This document shows, in pieces, positions 1-12,757 of a DNA stretch of 64,000 nucleotides. The stretch spans positions 32,178,001-32,242,000 of the forward strand of contig CATNEN010000038.1 in the NCBI GenBank assembly GCA_950097015.1, read 5' to 3'. A model generated the notes under the pieces. That model did not search any database. It was not told the DNA's origin and was given only the letters and a program-made list of their open reading frames with translations. The first letter of the stretch is position 1; each line of letters opens with the position of its first letter. The position numbers and the translations under genes were made by a program. Source of the DNA: Macrostomum hystrix. Its lineage: Eukaryota; Animalia; Platyhelminthes.

Positions 1-445
1 GAAGGATTTGATAGTGACAGAAGATATACTGAAGGATTGGATAGTGACAGAAGGTATACTGAAGGATTTGATTGTGAAACAATGTGTAGTTAAAGACGAA
101 AACATTACGGCAAACAGAATAAGCGAGTAGCACAGAAAATTATAGATAATGAGATCACACGAATCTGACATATTTTCAACAATTTAATTTATAAAAACGA
201 CTAAAAATAACTATTTATTTTATATCACACACATTCAAGCTGGTCTGCGCTCAATAGAAAGAAGCTGAACTTCTCATGCAAAATCATTCGACTAGAATGA
301 GAAAAAAGCAACTACAGGGCCAGGTCGAATGAATGCAAAGCGGTGAATGCAAAAATCAATATAGATTTTTTTCAAAAAAGCAACTCATTAGCATGCAATG
401 GTCAAAGCGAGACCAACGTAAAAAATTCTTCATTACCAGAATAAG

Positions 446-1435
446 CGACAGATCCAACCGGATTAGTGACTAATCCAACCAGATTTGTGACTAATCCAAC
501 CGGATTGGAGACTAATCCAACCAGATTAGTGACTAATCAAACCAGATTAGTGACAAATCCAACCAAATCAGTGACTAATCCAACCAGATTAGTGACTAAC
601 ACAACCAAATCAGTGACTAATCCAACCAAATCAGTGACTAATCCAACCAAATCAGTGACTAATCCAACCAGATTAGTGACTAACACAACCAAATCAGTGA
701 CTAATCCAACCAAATCAGTGACTAATCCAACCAAATCAGTGACTAATCCAACCAGATTAGTGACTAATCCAACCAGATTAGTGACTAATCCAACCAAATC
801 AATGACTAATCCAACCAGATTAGTGACTAATCCAACCAAATCAATGACTAATCCAACTAAATCAGTGACTAATCCAACTAAATCAGTGACTAATCCAACT
901 AAATCAGTGACTAATCCAACCAAATCAGTGACTAATCCAACCAGATTAGTGACTAACACAACCAAATCAGTGACTAATCCAACCAAATCAGTGACTAATC
1001 CAACCAGATCAGTGACTAATCTAACCAGATTAGTGACTAATCCAACCAGATTAGTGACTAATCCAACCAGATTAGTGACTAATCCAACCAAATCAATGAC
1101 TAATCCAACTAAATCAGTGACTAATCCAACTAAATCAGTGACTAATCCAACCAGATTAGTGACTAATCCAACCAGATTAGTGACTAATCCAACCAGATTA
1201 GTGACTAATCCAACCAAATCAGTGACTAATCCAACCAGATTAGTGACTAATCCAACCAAATCAGTGACTAATCTAACCAGATTAGTGACTAATCCAAACA
1301 AATCAGTGACTAATCCAAACAAATCAGTGACTAATCCAACCAAATCAGTGACTAATCCAACCAAATCAGTGACTAATCCAACCAAATCAGTGACTAATCC
1401 AAACAAATCAGTGACTAATCCAACAAATCAGTTAC
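446..1435. repeat. 21-bp minisatellite (GTGACTAATCCAACCAAATCA / ...CCAGATTA variants)
   Basis: Visible tandem 21-mers; ORFs 466..1530 and 537..1406 are translations of the repeat. Confidence 0.97.
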
Positions 1436-1544
1436 TAATGAGGAACATCTACAGGAGTTATGCATCTAGTCTATTGTTTTTGTTGTTTTTGCGGCTAGTC
1501 TATGTGAGTAGTAGGATTGCACAGTGGTAACTTGTCGGCATCAA

Positions 1545-4500
1545 TCATTGTCGCTTCTTTCTCAAACTGAGACGGCTGAACAAACCAAACCGACTGCCGC
1601 CGCTCTGACTGCCGCTGACATGCTGCTGCTGCTGTTGCTGTTTGCGCTGCCTCCTGGCTGCCATGGATCTGAACACATCGGCCTGAGGAAGCGTGCTGCC
1701 AGCTCCTAGGCAGGCCCGCTGGTCGTCTAGTCGGCAGCCCTGCCAGCGAGCTAGCGCGTCAAAGAAGGCCTCCTCCGGCGTTGGCTCCGGCGCCGCGGCT
1801 CGCTGATCGTCCATCCGACGGGATTGGCACCTGCTGACCAAGTCTAGAAAGGCTTCGTCTCCGGTCGGATTGTCGGGCTTGTCGACGACATTCAATGGCT
1901 TCGGCCGCTCCGCAGATAATGACAAGCGACGCTGCTGCGTGCCTTTCTCGGCGGCAGCGCCGGCAGAAGCAGCAGCAGCAGCCGACTGCTTTGCTCGGCC
2001 ATTGTGTCGAGTTAAATGCCTTAGATCAGCCAGATTAAGGCGAGCCATGTCAGCTCCGGGTTCATCACCAAGTTCCTGACAGAGCGACAGGTAGCGTTCG
2101 GTGTAGGCAACGGCTCTGGAACAGGTGCGTAGAATCTTATATATAGAAATTAGTTTTAGTAGCCAAATGTTGTCAGCGCTACTACTAGTAAGATAAAAAG
2201 CAAATAAATTTGAGAACTGTGTACCTGTCATACTTCCCCAAAGCGGTGCACGCGTTGCTGAGCGACCAGCAGGCGTGGCAGGCGCCAACCCGGTCAGCCA
2301 GAGTGTCGGCGATGCTTAAATGCCGCTCGTGATGCTTCACCGTGGTTTCGTAGTCGCGAGTTAAAGTACAAGCGTTGCCTAGCAACCAGCAGGCCTGAGC
2401 TTCCAGCGCTGACTGGCCCAGCTGGCTGGCGAGTTGAAGGCACTCGGCATAGTGCCGCTTGGCAGTTTCGAGATCTCCGGTGAGTACGCAGGCGCTGCCA
2501 AGGCAACAGTGAGCTCGGCGTTGAGCGGACAAATCGCAGGCTGCCACGGCGAGGGCCAAGCGCTCCGATTGGCTGGCGATAGCCGCGTACAGCTCGCCTA
2601 GAAGGTACTGCGCGTTGCCAAGGCAACCCCAGGCTCTGGCTATTGTTTCTCGTAGTGAGGCCGGATAATTCAAACGCCTAGCAATGTCCAAGCCGAGTTG
2701 GTAGTGCTCGATGGACCGTCTAAGATGCTGATTGGCTGCTGGTGGCAGATCAGAGTCGGCGCCGCTCTGATGTCTGCCGACGCGCTTGCCCTGGGCTAGC
2801 AGCAGGCTGGCCAAATTGCAGTGGGCGCGGCACTGAGCCATCTGTGCAGGTAAAAATGAGTTTCAAAACAGGCGTTTTGAAAGCTGTAATAAGAGTTGTA
2901 TGCTGGCAAGAACTATAAATCTAAGCGTTATTTTTTGTTTACGAAACTTTATCATGTAACAATGGCGGGTATTATAATTGATCATATTGTATTGATTATA
3001 TTATTGAATCAATATGAATTCGACTTAGATGTCTATAAAGAGCAATGTTAGTTGTCCTTGTCACCAGGGTCTACGCGATAATCGCTGAATATCTCGGCGA
3101 TGCTAACGTCGGACGGCTTTGAAAGGTAGTTAGTTCATCGTGAAGGGCGAAAATCTCACGAAATGGCCTTTAACGAAAACTTCCACAATAATTTTTCAGC
3201 AGGGAAAATAGAGTGGTCTTTGTACTGTCAATCTGTGGATTCGTAGTTTTTTTATTAAGAGATTTCATTAATTAATTTATTCAGTAAATCGTTGGTTCAT
3301 CTATTCGGCGATTCCGTATTTTTAATACTTATTTATAACTTTAGTATTGCACGCAATCAATTCAGAAAAAAATGGATATAACCGAATAACTATTGACCAT
3401 TCTTCCAATAGGAAAAAGACAAGAAATGGAATTCTAGATTTGGGTTAGATTGCATGCATCATACTAGTTCGATTGGACTTTTACAAATGGTTGGATGAAT
3501 GCAGGATTACAGGAAGCCAACTATAAGCTTCCCGTATTTAGTTAGAAACATTCTGTATGTCAGAATATCGTCACAATCATGCATGTGAAATTGGCTGAAT
3601 AATAGGCCTAGTATTCGTTATTATATAGTATACTGACTGCACTGCCTATTAATTTTGATTATACCAGCGTAGCTAGCCCATAAATAACCACTTTAATAAA
3701 GTAGACGGAAAGAAGAAAACATATAACCAAAACAAATAGACCAACAGACAGACATAATAATAATAATATTACACAATGATAATTGCAGGAGGGCTGCGGG
3801 CAATGGCGCATTATTTTGTGACAGTAGACCCGCAGCCAGCGAGGATGCAATTCTGCCCATTTCGCTGACTCCTGAGCACACGCTCACACAGGTGTGTACA
3901 TCTACCCTGACTTTCTCATCGTCAGGCAGTGTACACTTCACTGTGCCTTGAAGGCACACAGACCTTCAAAGTTGGCCCTCAAGGGCGTAAATTTAACGAC
4001 AATCGCCCCAAGGCTTCGCCTAAAATGAATGTGGTCTCACCGCGGAATCGAGCTTAAGAGCCTGGGGGCGAGAGGCAAACGCGTACTGAGACTTAGCCAA
4101 TTACACAGACAGACAGATAGACAGTCAGTCAGGTAGACAGTCAGACAGAGAGACAGACACGTAAAACAGACAGAAAGAGACAGACAGAGACAGTCAGACA
4201 GACAGAAAGACAGATAGACAGTCAGACAGGTAGACAGTCAGACAGAGAGACAGACAGATAGACAGTCAGACAGGTAGACAGTCAGACAGAGAGACAGACA
4301 GACAGAGAGACAGACACGTAAAACAGACAGAAAGAGACAGACAGAGACAGTCAGACAGACAGAAAGACAGATAGACAGTCATACAGAGAGACAGACGGAT
4401 AGATAAATAGACAGACAGTCAGACAGACAGAGAGACAGACACGTAAAACAGACAGAGAGACAGACAGACAGACGAAACGGTCCGTGCGTACAGATGGAGA

Positions 4501-5567
4501 CCGAAGCACACCCCAAATGTTAAGCACACAGAGCCGACGTTGGCTAAAGCAATAAAATAGATTGAATCTGTCACGAACTTTCATCGCAAGCCATAAACTA
4601 AGGGATACCGTCATCTACTTACGGACCATAAAATCTCATCGGATTGCAAGCCTCGTCCCGCACTCCAGCCCAAAGCGAAGACTGCCACCCAGCCGAAAAC
4701 CAATTCAGTTAACTAGACTTATACAGGAGGCTGCTTAACATTCCGATCGCAAAAGGGGAAATTGCACAATCTAGACAGCAAAAGCCACTCCAACAAATCC
4801 TATAGCTTAGTTCTCGAATCTGGACTCTGGAGTCAAACACATAATCCTTATGATGTTCTATAAGTAAAGGACAGTCTCTTCCGGAATTCAGGAAATGCAC
4901 TTTCGGAATTTGGGATCGGAATTTTCGAAATTCAGGATCTGAACTTTCGGAATTCAGAATCTGAACTTCCAGAATTTAAAATAATTGAGTCCTCAAAAGT
5001 TAATTTTAGACATTCCAGATAAAAAACTATTCGAAAGACAGAGGATCAAAACAAGGAAACAACATGCCACACCTCATCTCCAGCCTCCTTTGATAACTCG
5101 AGTTGAAGCTCCGAACAGAGCACAGCCTCAGTGAGGCTATTCATAGCCTTCAGTGTAGTGGCCAAATTTCCTGACGCCTTTGCTTCACCCAGTTTGTCAG
5201 CCAATGATCTAAAAACATCAAGTCACAATAACAAAGTTTGAGCTATCAACTTAACTTATTGAAAGCTCTAGTAGGAAACTCACCTGGCCAAACCCAGATC
5301 CAGTGTGTGATAATCAAATGCTCTTTCATATTCACCCAGGTGAAAATATGCATTGCCCAATTGGCTATAGACAGCTGAAAGAACTCGACGATTCTTTCCA
5401 ATACCGCTATCAAGTGCTGCTAGGAGAAGTTGTATGCCACGCCTGTGCTCACCAGCTTTGCAAAGCTGCTCACCCTCCAGTGCCAGCTCTAGGCTGGCTG
5501 GAGATTTCTGCTTATCAGTGGGCTGGTCAACTGCCAGCTTTGGCTGCACTGCGACTGAATTTTGGGC
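1545..5567 (-). CDS. GPSM2: G-protein-signalling modulator (LGN/Pins/AGS3 family): TPR repeats + 2 GoLoco motifs; first coding exon not fixed
   Basis: Phase-consistent GT-AG exons 5567-5284, 5208-5073, 2841-2225 and 2115-1545. Motifs: LELALEGEQLCKAG, SAVYSQLGNAYFHL, LGEAKASGNL, EAQACWLLGN, and GoLoco DEAFLDLVSRCQSRRMDDQR and EEAFFDALARWQGCRLDDQR. The symbol marks the family; GPSM1 versus GPSM2 cannot be resolved. Confidence 0.92.
3752..4098 (-). mobile_element. tRNA-derived SINE-like repeat with (ATT)n tail; partial copies at about 59215-59365 and 63390-63520
   Basis: Minus-strand head GGCTAAGTCTCAGT...GCTCGATTCC (B-box-like) and ATT tail at about 3752-3770. Body GCTGACTCCTGAGCACAC is shared with two other loci in the window. 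Confidence 0.65.
4104..4473. repeat. (GACA)n-type compound microsatellite
   Basis: Directly visible. Confidence 0.95.
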
Positions 5568-6890
5568 CTGGAAATAGGAAGACTTGAAATGAGTAGTTAA
5601 GAAAGTTTCATTGTTTTTTAATGAATAATTAGTTTTGACAAAAACTAATATTTAAAGTGACATAAAATTCTTTAAAAAGGTTTGCAATAGGCCAATCCTA
5701 AAATACAAAACTTGTCAATAACACTGTAGCTTTTACAAAATTAGACAAAAAGGTTTGGTCATTCTTATAAATGTACACATTTTTATCATTTATAATTTTA
5801 ATTCTGTCTTCTGTCACTCTTGTAATTTTAAGAAAAACTCAAATAAATATAGGCTCACCTAGACAGCCATAGATGTAACATCAAATAAGCAGGTATACAA
5901 TAGCTATGTACAAATATATTTTTTAACCATTCAATAAAAACCAAAGCATTTGCCCTAGTGCTTCTCTTTTTAATTATTACTCTAAAAGATATTTTATCCC
6001 AATGATGCCATTAAATTTGTGTAGGGGTATAACTATGCCTATATCTTATTTTATCTCTGACTAAATTGTAATAATTCTTAGAATCTGGTCGTAATAATTT
6101 CTGTGCAATCAAGACAATTACTTAACAATGCTACTCAGTAAATTTTATTGACAATTGTGGTAGCGATTTATTTATTGCACAAGCGGTCTATAACAGCATT
6201 GATTATATATTATAATTAAGCACATAGATTTGTGCCCCATACTAATCCATTGCACTGGCTTTGAAAGATAAAGCTGCGTGTATCTCTACGTCGCTGCACG
6301 CAGAGAACCGCTTTGAAGGCTCGTGTTGTAACGCAGAATTGGCTTTACAGAGTGTAACACGGGTGCCCTACTATATACATTTTAAATTTTACTGAGGTAT
6401 GAGGTATGAGGTAAAACTTTTTCGTAGAAAATGTTTTTCGATTTTTCGCTGGTTTAGTGCCATAAAATGCCTAATGCAGATTAAAATGGTAAGCAATAGC
6501 TTTATCGCTTATGGAGACTAAACTATAGTGCCCCGAAGCATTATAGCAAGTTATTTGTAAAAATTTTCTTGAAGTTTATTTTAATCGTGCTATTGCATTT
6601 TTTGAAGTCACAAATTATGTCCGTTAAATTCTGCCGCGTTCTTCTAATTTGTTGCATTTTTTAAGTCCTAGCTATTAAAACTTTTTTAAAATATATATTA
6701 TGTTCATATTCTCCATGAAGCCACTGTCAGGAGTAAAAGGCCCAAATCTGGGGTGCGTTATGCGCTTCTTTTTTTCGTTTTCAAAACTGAGAACTGCTTA
6801 CACTATTTTTATAGACATAGCATTGCTTCTATTAAGTAGCCAATCCATTAGATCTTAAAGTTTAAACAATCTAGGCAATCTGGAATGGAT

Positions 6891-7328
6891 CCTAGACACT
6901 TCTTCATCTTACAAATTCGTCATCTTGCAACTTCGTCATCCACTTAAAAGGTAGGACACTTCGTAATCCAGCCAGTTGGCATGCTTTAAAGTTTGGTTAG
7001 TTCATCATCTATTAGGCCTAATAACAAGCAATCAAGTTCGTCATCAATAAAGTGAGGGTGGGGTGGTGGGGCAGTGGTGTGAACACACTTCACACTATAA
7101 ATTGTCAAAAAGAGGTGTCAAAACTGATTTCATTATAAGAGTTGAAAGATAGGTGCCAACACGATGTGAGGAGGGGTGGGGAGGGGTGGTTCTGTTCTAT
7201 CTTTGCAAACTTTTGGTTTATAGATGACGAAGTGTCCACAAGTCTAAGTCTCTTCATCATCCACCCTCTGAGATATTGGACAGATCGTCATCTGGATGAC
7301 TAAGTTGTAAGATGACAAAGTGTCCAGG
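6891..7328. mobile_element. MITE-like element with imperfect ~34-bp TIRs
   Basis: 6891-6924 CCTAGACACTTCTTCATCTTACAAATTCGTCATC is an imperfect reverse complement of 7295-7328; internal TTCGTCATC repeats. Confidence 0.65.
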
Positions 7329-7374
7329 TAGGCCTACCATCTGTAATAGGCCTGCCTAGCTTGCTAGTTGCTAC

Positions 7375-8116
7375 CCATAGTCAGGAAGGTGGCAGTTTGG
7401 TCGGAAAATTCCGGCGCACACAAGCCCTTTTTGGGCACACAACGGCGCACAATGGCGCACAACGGCGCACACCAGAGGACACCGGCGCATGGCGGCGCGG
7501 CGCGGTGGGCGCCGCGCCACATGCAGCGTTACCCTTGTGGCGATCCCATGTAACGATGTAAGTCGTTACTTGTTACAGTACACTATTCACTGTTCTATCT
7601 AATGTAACACTGCATTCTACCAAAAAATAAAAATAAAATAAAATATTTTCCTTTTACTTTTTACCTTTGTTTTTGCCATTTGCTTACTTTTTATGTTTGT
7701 TTCGTTTTAAAAATTAGAAATTAAATTAAAAATTTTTTAAATTTCTATTTTCGGTTAAACGATCTCAATTTCTCATAATATAATATAGATAGCCCGTAAC
7801 CGTCCCGTATTAACCATTAGGCCCCCCTATATTCTCTTGTCTCGTGACTCGACTCTCGTGTAACGTTTATTTATTTCATTCATTATTCATTTATGAGAAT
7901 AGAAAGAGTTCGCCGTTCGTTCGTAGGGTTTATTGAAAATATTGGCGCACAAAAATTGTTGCTATGTTGTAAAAAAAGGTCTTTTATTGTCGCAAGGCAG
8001 CTAGTGGCGGGCGCACAACGGCGCACACGAGGGTTTTTGTGTCGGCGCACGGGGCACAATTTTGGGAGAGGCCAAAATTTGTTCCGGCGCACACTCTGCC
8101 ACCTTCCTGACTATGG
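7375..8116. mobile_element. Non-autonomous DNA transposon, 21-bp perfect TIR, 8-bp TSD (P- or hAT-like)
   Basis: TIR CCATAGTCAGGAAGGTGGCAG / CTGCCACCTTCCTGACTATGG; TSD GTTGCTAC at 7367-7374 and 8117-8124; subterminal GGCGCAC repeats. Confidence 0.88.
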
Positions 8117-8266
8117 GTTGCTACTTATGAATATGACTATGATAGGGGGCCTAGCCTAGTCTAATTCTGGACATTGCCTGAACCACCTAGTCAGTAGTCA
8201 CTAGGCCTAAGGTAATGTATCATCAACCAAAAAAGAATATGGATTTTTTACTTCGAACCTAAGCTA

Positions 8267-8660
8267 GGGTAATGTATCATCAACCGAACAAGAATTTTGA
8301 CTTCTTCCTTGGTCTCGTGCAAGACAGAAACAAGCTAGGGCCTATTGTGTTTCACAGAACAACTAATTTGAAAGTTGAAGAAATTATCTACAAGCTGAGG
8401 CATGATGTGCAATGAAGCATTAAGAGGAAAGAAAGATATTGATGTTTCAGTAGAAATTTTTATTGCAAAAGCATACTTTTTAACAACATTTTTTCAGTAT
8501 ATACTTCAGACGAAGATTGTATGTGGTTGCTTCCCAATTAAATGACCATAAATGTAGTTATTAATAGAGCATGAAAAATGCTTTCAAATTACATAATTCA
8601 TGATAGTTCACTCCTTAAAATAAGATTAAACCACTCACTCAAATTGTAAAACCAAACATT
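8267..8660. mobile_element. Truncated copy of the 9740-10345 MITE (extra left-end copy at about 8211)
   Basis: Near-identical to 9740-10147. Confidence 0.85.
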
Positions 8661-9739
8661 AATTTCTCCCCTTTCAATGAGCAGCAGCAATGATCCTCCC
8701 AAAGACCACTCTTGTCCTGCTGAGAGCCATCTTGAGTCTTGACCTCAAAGACCAAACTATACCCTTGAACTAAGTTAGTCCCTAAAACACCCGAGTTTCT
8801 GGAAAAAGTTTTAATTTTTTTCATTAGCTGATAAGCCAAAATAATTTGAAACACAAACTTCAAATCTGAATGACTGTCCTTTTGCAGCTTGTTAATTATT
8901 TTATCTTACAAATGATAGAGGTTCTCATGGTAGTGCTACAACCCCTTATAACTTAGTTATAAGTTATAACTCGGTTAACCGTTATGTTATTCTCCCAGCA
9001 CTAGACAAATAAGTAGTGTAGTTTAAGCTGTAGCTTATCTAAGCATTAGCCAAAAGCTTTCTTTATAGGCCTGAACTTTTAAGAGTTGTATATTATAAAT
9101 GGCTAAATGAAGTTTATAGGCTTATGGTCTTTATTCACAAGAATTCCTCTAGTTAAATAGATACAAACTAATATTCCAGTGTCTTTAGTTCCTATGTCAA
9201 TTTTTAGGCCCTAGTCTAGACCTTTTTTTCTAAATTTATAATTTTAATATTAGGGGCCTAACTTCTTTAGCCTATTTTGTTAATTACCAGGCCTATAAAA
9301 CTTATCTAAGTGGCAACAGGCAAGACACTTTTGACTTGTATATAAAAATATTTTAATTCTCAATTACTAATATTCTTGTCTCATTGATTGTAGTTACTAT
9401 GCCCTAATCTTCTAGTTGATTAGAGATGTTTGACTTAATTTTGATATAGGCCTAGGCCTACACTCTTCACCTGGACCTGTATAACTTAAAAACCTATAAA
9501 AACTGTGTAATGTATATAAGTAAAACATTGCTTATTATAAAACTAGGCTAGCCTAAGCTTTAAAGCTTTCTAATATACGAGTATATAGCAGTGCAAGGAT
9601 GATGTAGTTCATTTTGCATAATTATTTTTTCAACATTTAAATGATCAATCATCAAATGTAGAGAAATTACTAATAGCAAGTATTATATGTAGTTATTGCC
9701 TTAGTTATGGCACTAAATTTGCTCACAATTGATATAATA

Positions 9740-10345
9740 GGGTAATGTATCATCAACCGAACAGTGTATCTTCAAAACCGAACAAGAATTTTGACTCCTT
9801 CCTTGGTCTCGTGCAAGACAGAAACAAGCTATTGTGTTTCACAGAACAACTAATTTGAAAGTTGAAGAAATTATCTACAAGCTGAGGCATGATGTGCAAT
9901 GAAGCATTAAGAGGAAAGAAAGATATTGATGTTTCAGTAGAAATTTTTATTGCAAAAGCATACTTTTTAACAACATTTTTTCAGTATGTACTTTAGACAA
10001 AGATTGTATGTGGTTGCTTGCCAATTAAATGACCATAAATGTAGTTATTTATAGAGCATGAAAAATGCTTTCAAATGACATAATTCATGATAGATCACTC
10101 CTTAAAATAAGATTAAACCACTCACTCAAATTTTAAAACCAAACATCAAATTCTCAAACATCAAAAAGCAGGAATAAATTTTTTTCTATTTGACAAAATA
10201 GCAAAAGCAGATACTTTTTAGAAAGATGTAACTGTTTTCTATAACTTGGCTTTTGATTTATCATCATATCTTAAATAGAAAATCTGTAGCTTAGGTTTGA
10301 AGTAAAAAAAATACACATTCTTGTTTGGTTGATGATACATTACCC
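9740..10345. mobile_element. TA-flanked MITE (Tc1/mariner/pogo-type target)
   Basis: TIR GGGTAATGTATCATCAACC / GGTTGATGATACATTACCC with TA on both sides. Confidence 0.85.
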
Positions 10346-10429
10346 TAAACAATCCAATTCAAAGGAATTGCAGCAAGCACATTGTTAAGGTATTGTTGGC
10401 ACCAAAGCTAGAAACTTTTCTATGTCACT

Positions 10430-10950
10430 CTTGAATATAGCATTTGATATGCCACACATGCTCAATAATTTCTGCTTTTAATTAGCCTAAATGCCTTTAA
10501 TTATATTTGTATCCAACATTGGGTTGTCTGGGTCCACAAATTTGACACAAGGATTTACCACCATATCAATCTAGTTGGCCAGTTCTACGTACTTAAGTCA
10601 GTCATCCATCAGGATATGATTTCTAGACAAGATATAACATTGGATGATAATATGTAGCATAGTGGCAGTATGGTCTAGCATAATGGCCATCATTTTTTGC
10701 ACTTGTTGCTCTGCCATTCAACGATCCCAAGGATCTAGTATTAGGTATCAGGCACCCTGGTGATTTTTTTAGTATACAAATTTGGATTTGTCCACCTCTA
10801 CTTTGTTACTGGGCCCACCCATTTCAACCAGCTAGGCAAGTACAAACTGCTAGCAGGGTTCCAATGAACAACAGTTTGCTCCCCACAACCCAGTAGCTAG
10901 ATCTCTTCATGGGTCTTCATCTCCAGTATCCAAAAGTAGATGAGCTCAGT
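10430..10950 (-). pseudogene. Decayed Merlin (IS1016-like) transposase
   Basis: Manual minus-strand translation gives MGGPSNKVEVDKSKF (cf. GGPGKIVEIDESKF) and FVDPDNPMLDTNIIKGI (cf. FVDPxTGAHTNTIE), with stops. Confidence 0.65.
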
Positions 10951-12757
10951 GCAAGGAGCCATGCCAGAACATTGTATATAGCAGTCTTTAGTAGTCCGAA
11001 CTATTTTATTACATTGATAAACTGAACTATTTACAGCATGCTAAATCTATATAGAAGGCTGTGAAGGATTCTATTATTTAAAGAAGTTAAAAGTTGTTAA
11101 ACTAAAATGTTTCATTAATGCATATAATCAGAGTAGTAGTTTTAGAATTTTGTTTATGTCAATCAGAAGAGAGCTGATTGTCTTGTAGAATAATGTAACC
11201 AATATAAATTTTTAACCAAGTAACAAATAAAGTAATTGTAAATTGTCTCTAAGTTTTCTGTTTTTAAGTAAGAATAGTATGTAGCTGATTCTTCTAATGT
11301 ATTTGATCATTGCTTTAACCATTGTGTAATCATTGCTTTACTCATTGTGTTAACTTCTTTCTTCTCTATAGATGTTGCCTTTTTATTTGTCACTTCAGAG
11401 CTGAAGTTTTAAGACTGAGGGATCAAACGAGCACATTATTGTTTATGGCGCAGATAGTAACAATAAACTAGCATTGGGGGAAAGACTATAGACTGACAAT
11501 GACAATAAAAATAATAGTTAGAAGTGACAACTAAAAGTACAAACTGCTAATTGATAATAAATTAAGATGTCTTTGTATATTTAAAAAATTGTAACAGAAT
11601 ATAACAGAATATAACAGAACTTCACTAAATGAGTCACAAAGCTGCCAAAAATAGTCAAGTTAACTCATTATAATGGAACAAGTAGAAATACTAAGCTTCT
11701 TAGAAATTTCTATCCTTTGTTTTGATGCATTGCTTTGAAGGGTAATTGCTTCCTTCCATGAGCTTGATGATTTTACACAGTTTCCTATGTGCTTTAGAGT
11801 GTATAAAAGAAACTATATCTAGATAGTGCCATGCTCCAGATCATGTCAAAGACAAAAGCAAAATTTATACCAAGGCAGCTTAATGGTTGACAATGGCAGA
11901 TTTTTTATCTTGTCTAAAAACGTTCTTGCGTGTCTACTAACAGTAGCAACAGAAAACGCAAACTGTGCATTGGTACAAAAGTAATTTATTTATAACTGTT
12001 TTCTAACTAAGTTGGAACTAAAGTATGTTGTACCATGTTACTGTGTCATACTTTCCACCAGCTTGGACAAATTCTGCATTCAGTTTGACTAGTCTTTATT
12101 GATTGAAGATTTCTTTCGCTAGATTGTCTGTGCTGATGTGTCTCATTCGTCAAAAGCTTTACAGTAATTATGTTTGAATGTGTCATAAAACCAATGTATC
12201 CATAATTCTGTCTAGAAATTAAATTCACTTAGGCTAGATACTGCATATACTGCCTAGACATGTTTACTCTTGGGAATAATTTAGTTTTCTAAATTGCCAC
12301 ATAATAATCATAAAACTGTTTACAACTTTTATATATGCCTGTACTCAAATCTTGGCATTGTGTCGTATCATATAGAAACGAAAATATAGGCTGATTGTGT
12401 GCTAGCAAGTACTGCACAGCAATTTCTTGATACAAAATACTAAACAATTTTACCATCAATACCGAAAGAGATGCAAAGACGAAAAATACACAGTCCAACA
12501 CATGCGTACAAAACTTTCAATTCATTGGCCTGGCCTTAGCTACAAAGCTAAAACATTTCGGATTGGCTGCTGTATACATACACTTTTCTTCCTAAATGAT
12601 CCTCGCAAAGATGCTTAATGCTTATAGAATCTCCCCTAATTTAACTCCGCAGCTTTGAATTCATCGTCAACTGCTCAGTAATTTTTCATATCGAGCACAA
12701 AGTGAAAAACAAAACTAAGATCGTTTGAAAAAATAACAGCCAAAAAGTAAAGGAGCG

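Noticed and set aside
466-1530. 354-aa and 289-aa repeat ORFs (likewise 16263-17146, 39231-40782, 58080-58847, 60173-62431)
   Set aside because: These are stop-free translations of minisatellites with unit lengths divisible by 3, open on both strands; several lie inside introns of recognisable genes.
4040-4098. tRNA genes here, at about 37370-37443 and at about 53432-53500
   Set aside because: Only A/B-box-like remnants without a convincing cloverleaf, attached to repeat bodies; treated as SINE heads.
5859-5870. ATG GCT GTC TAG followed by a GTGAG donor as GPSM first coding exon
   Set aside because: An in-frame stop precedes the donor; at most a UTR exon or uORF.
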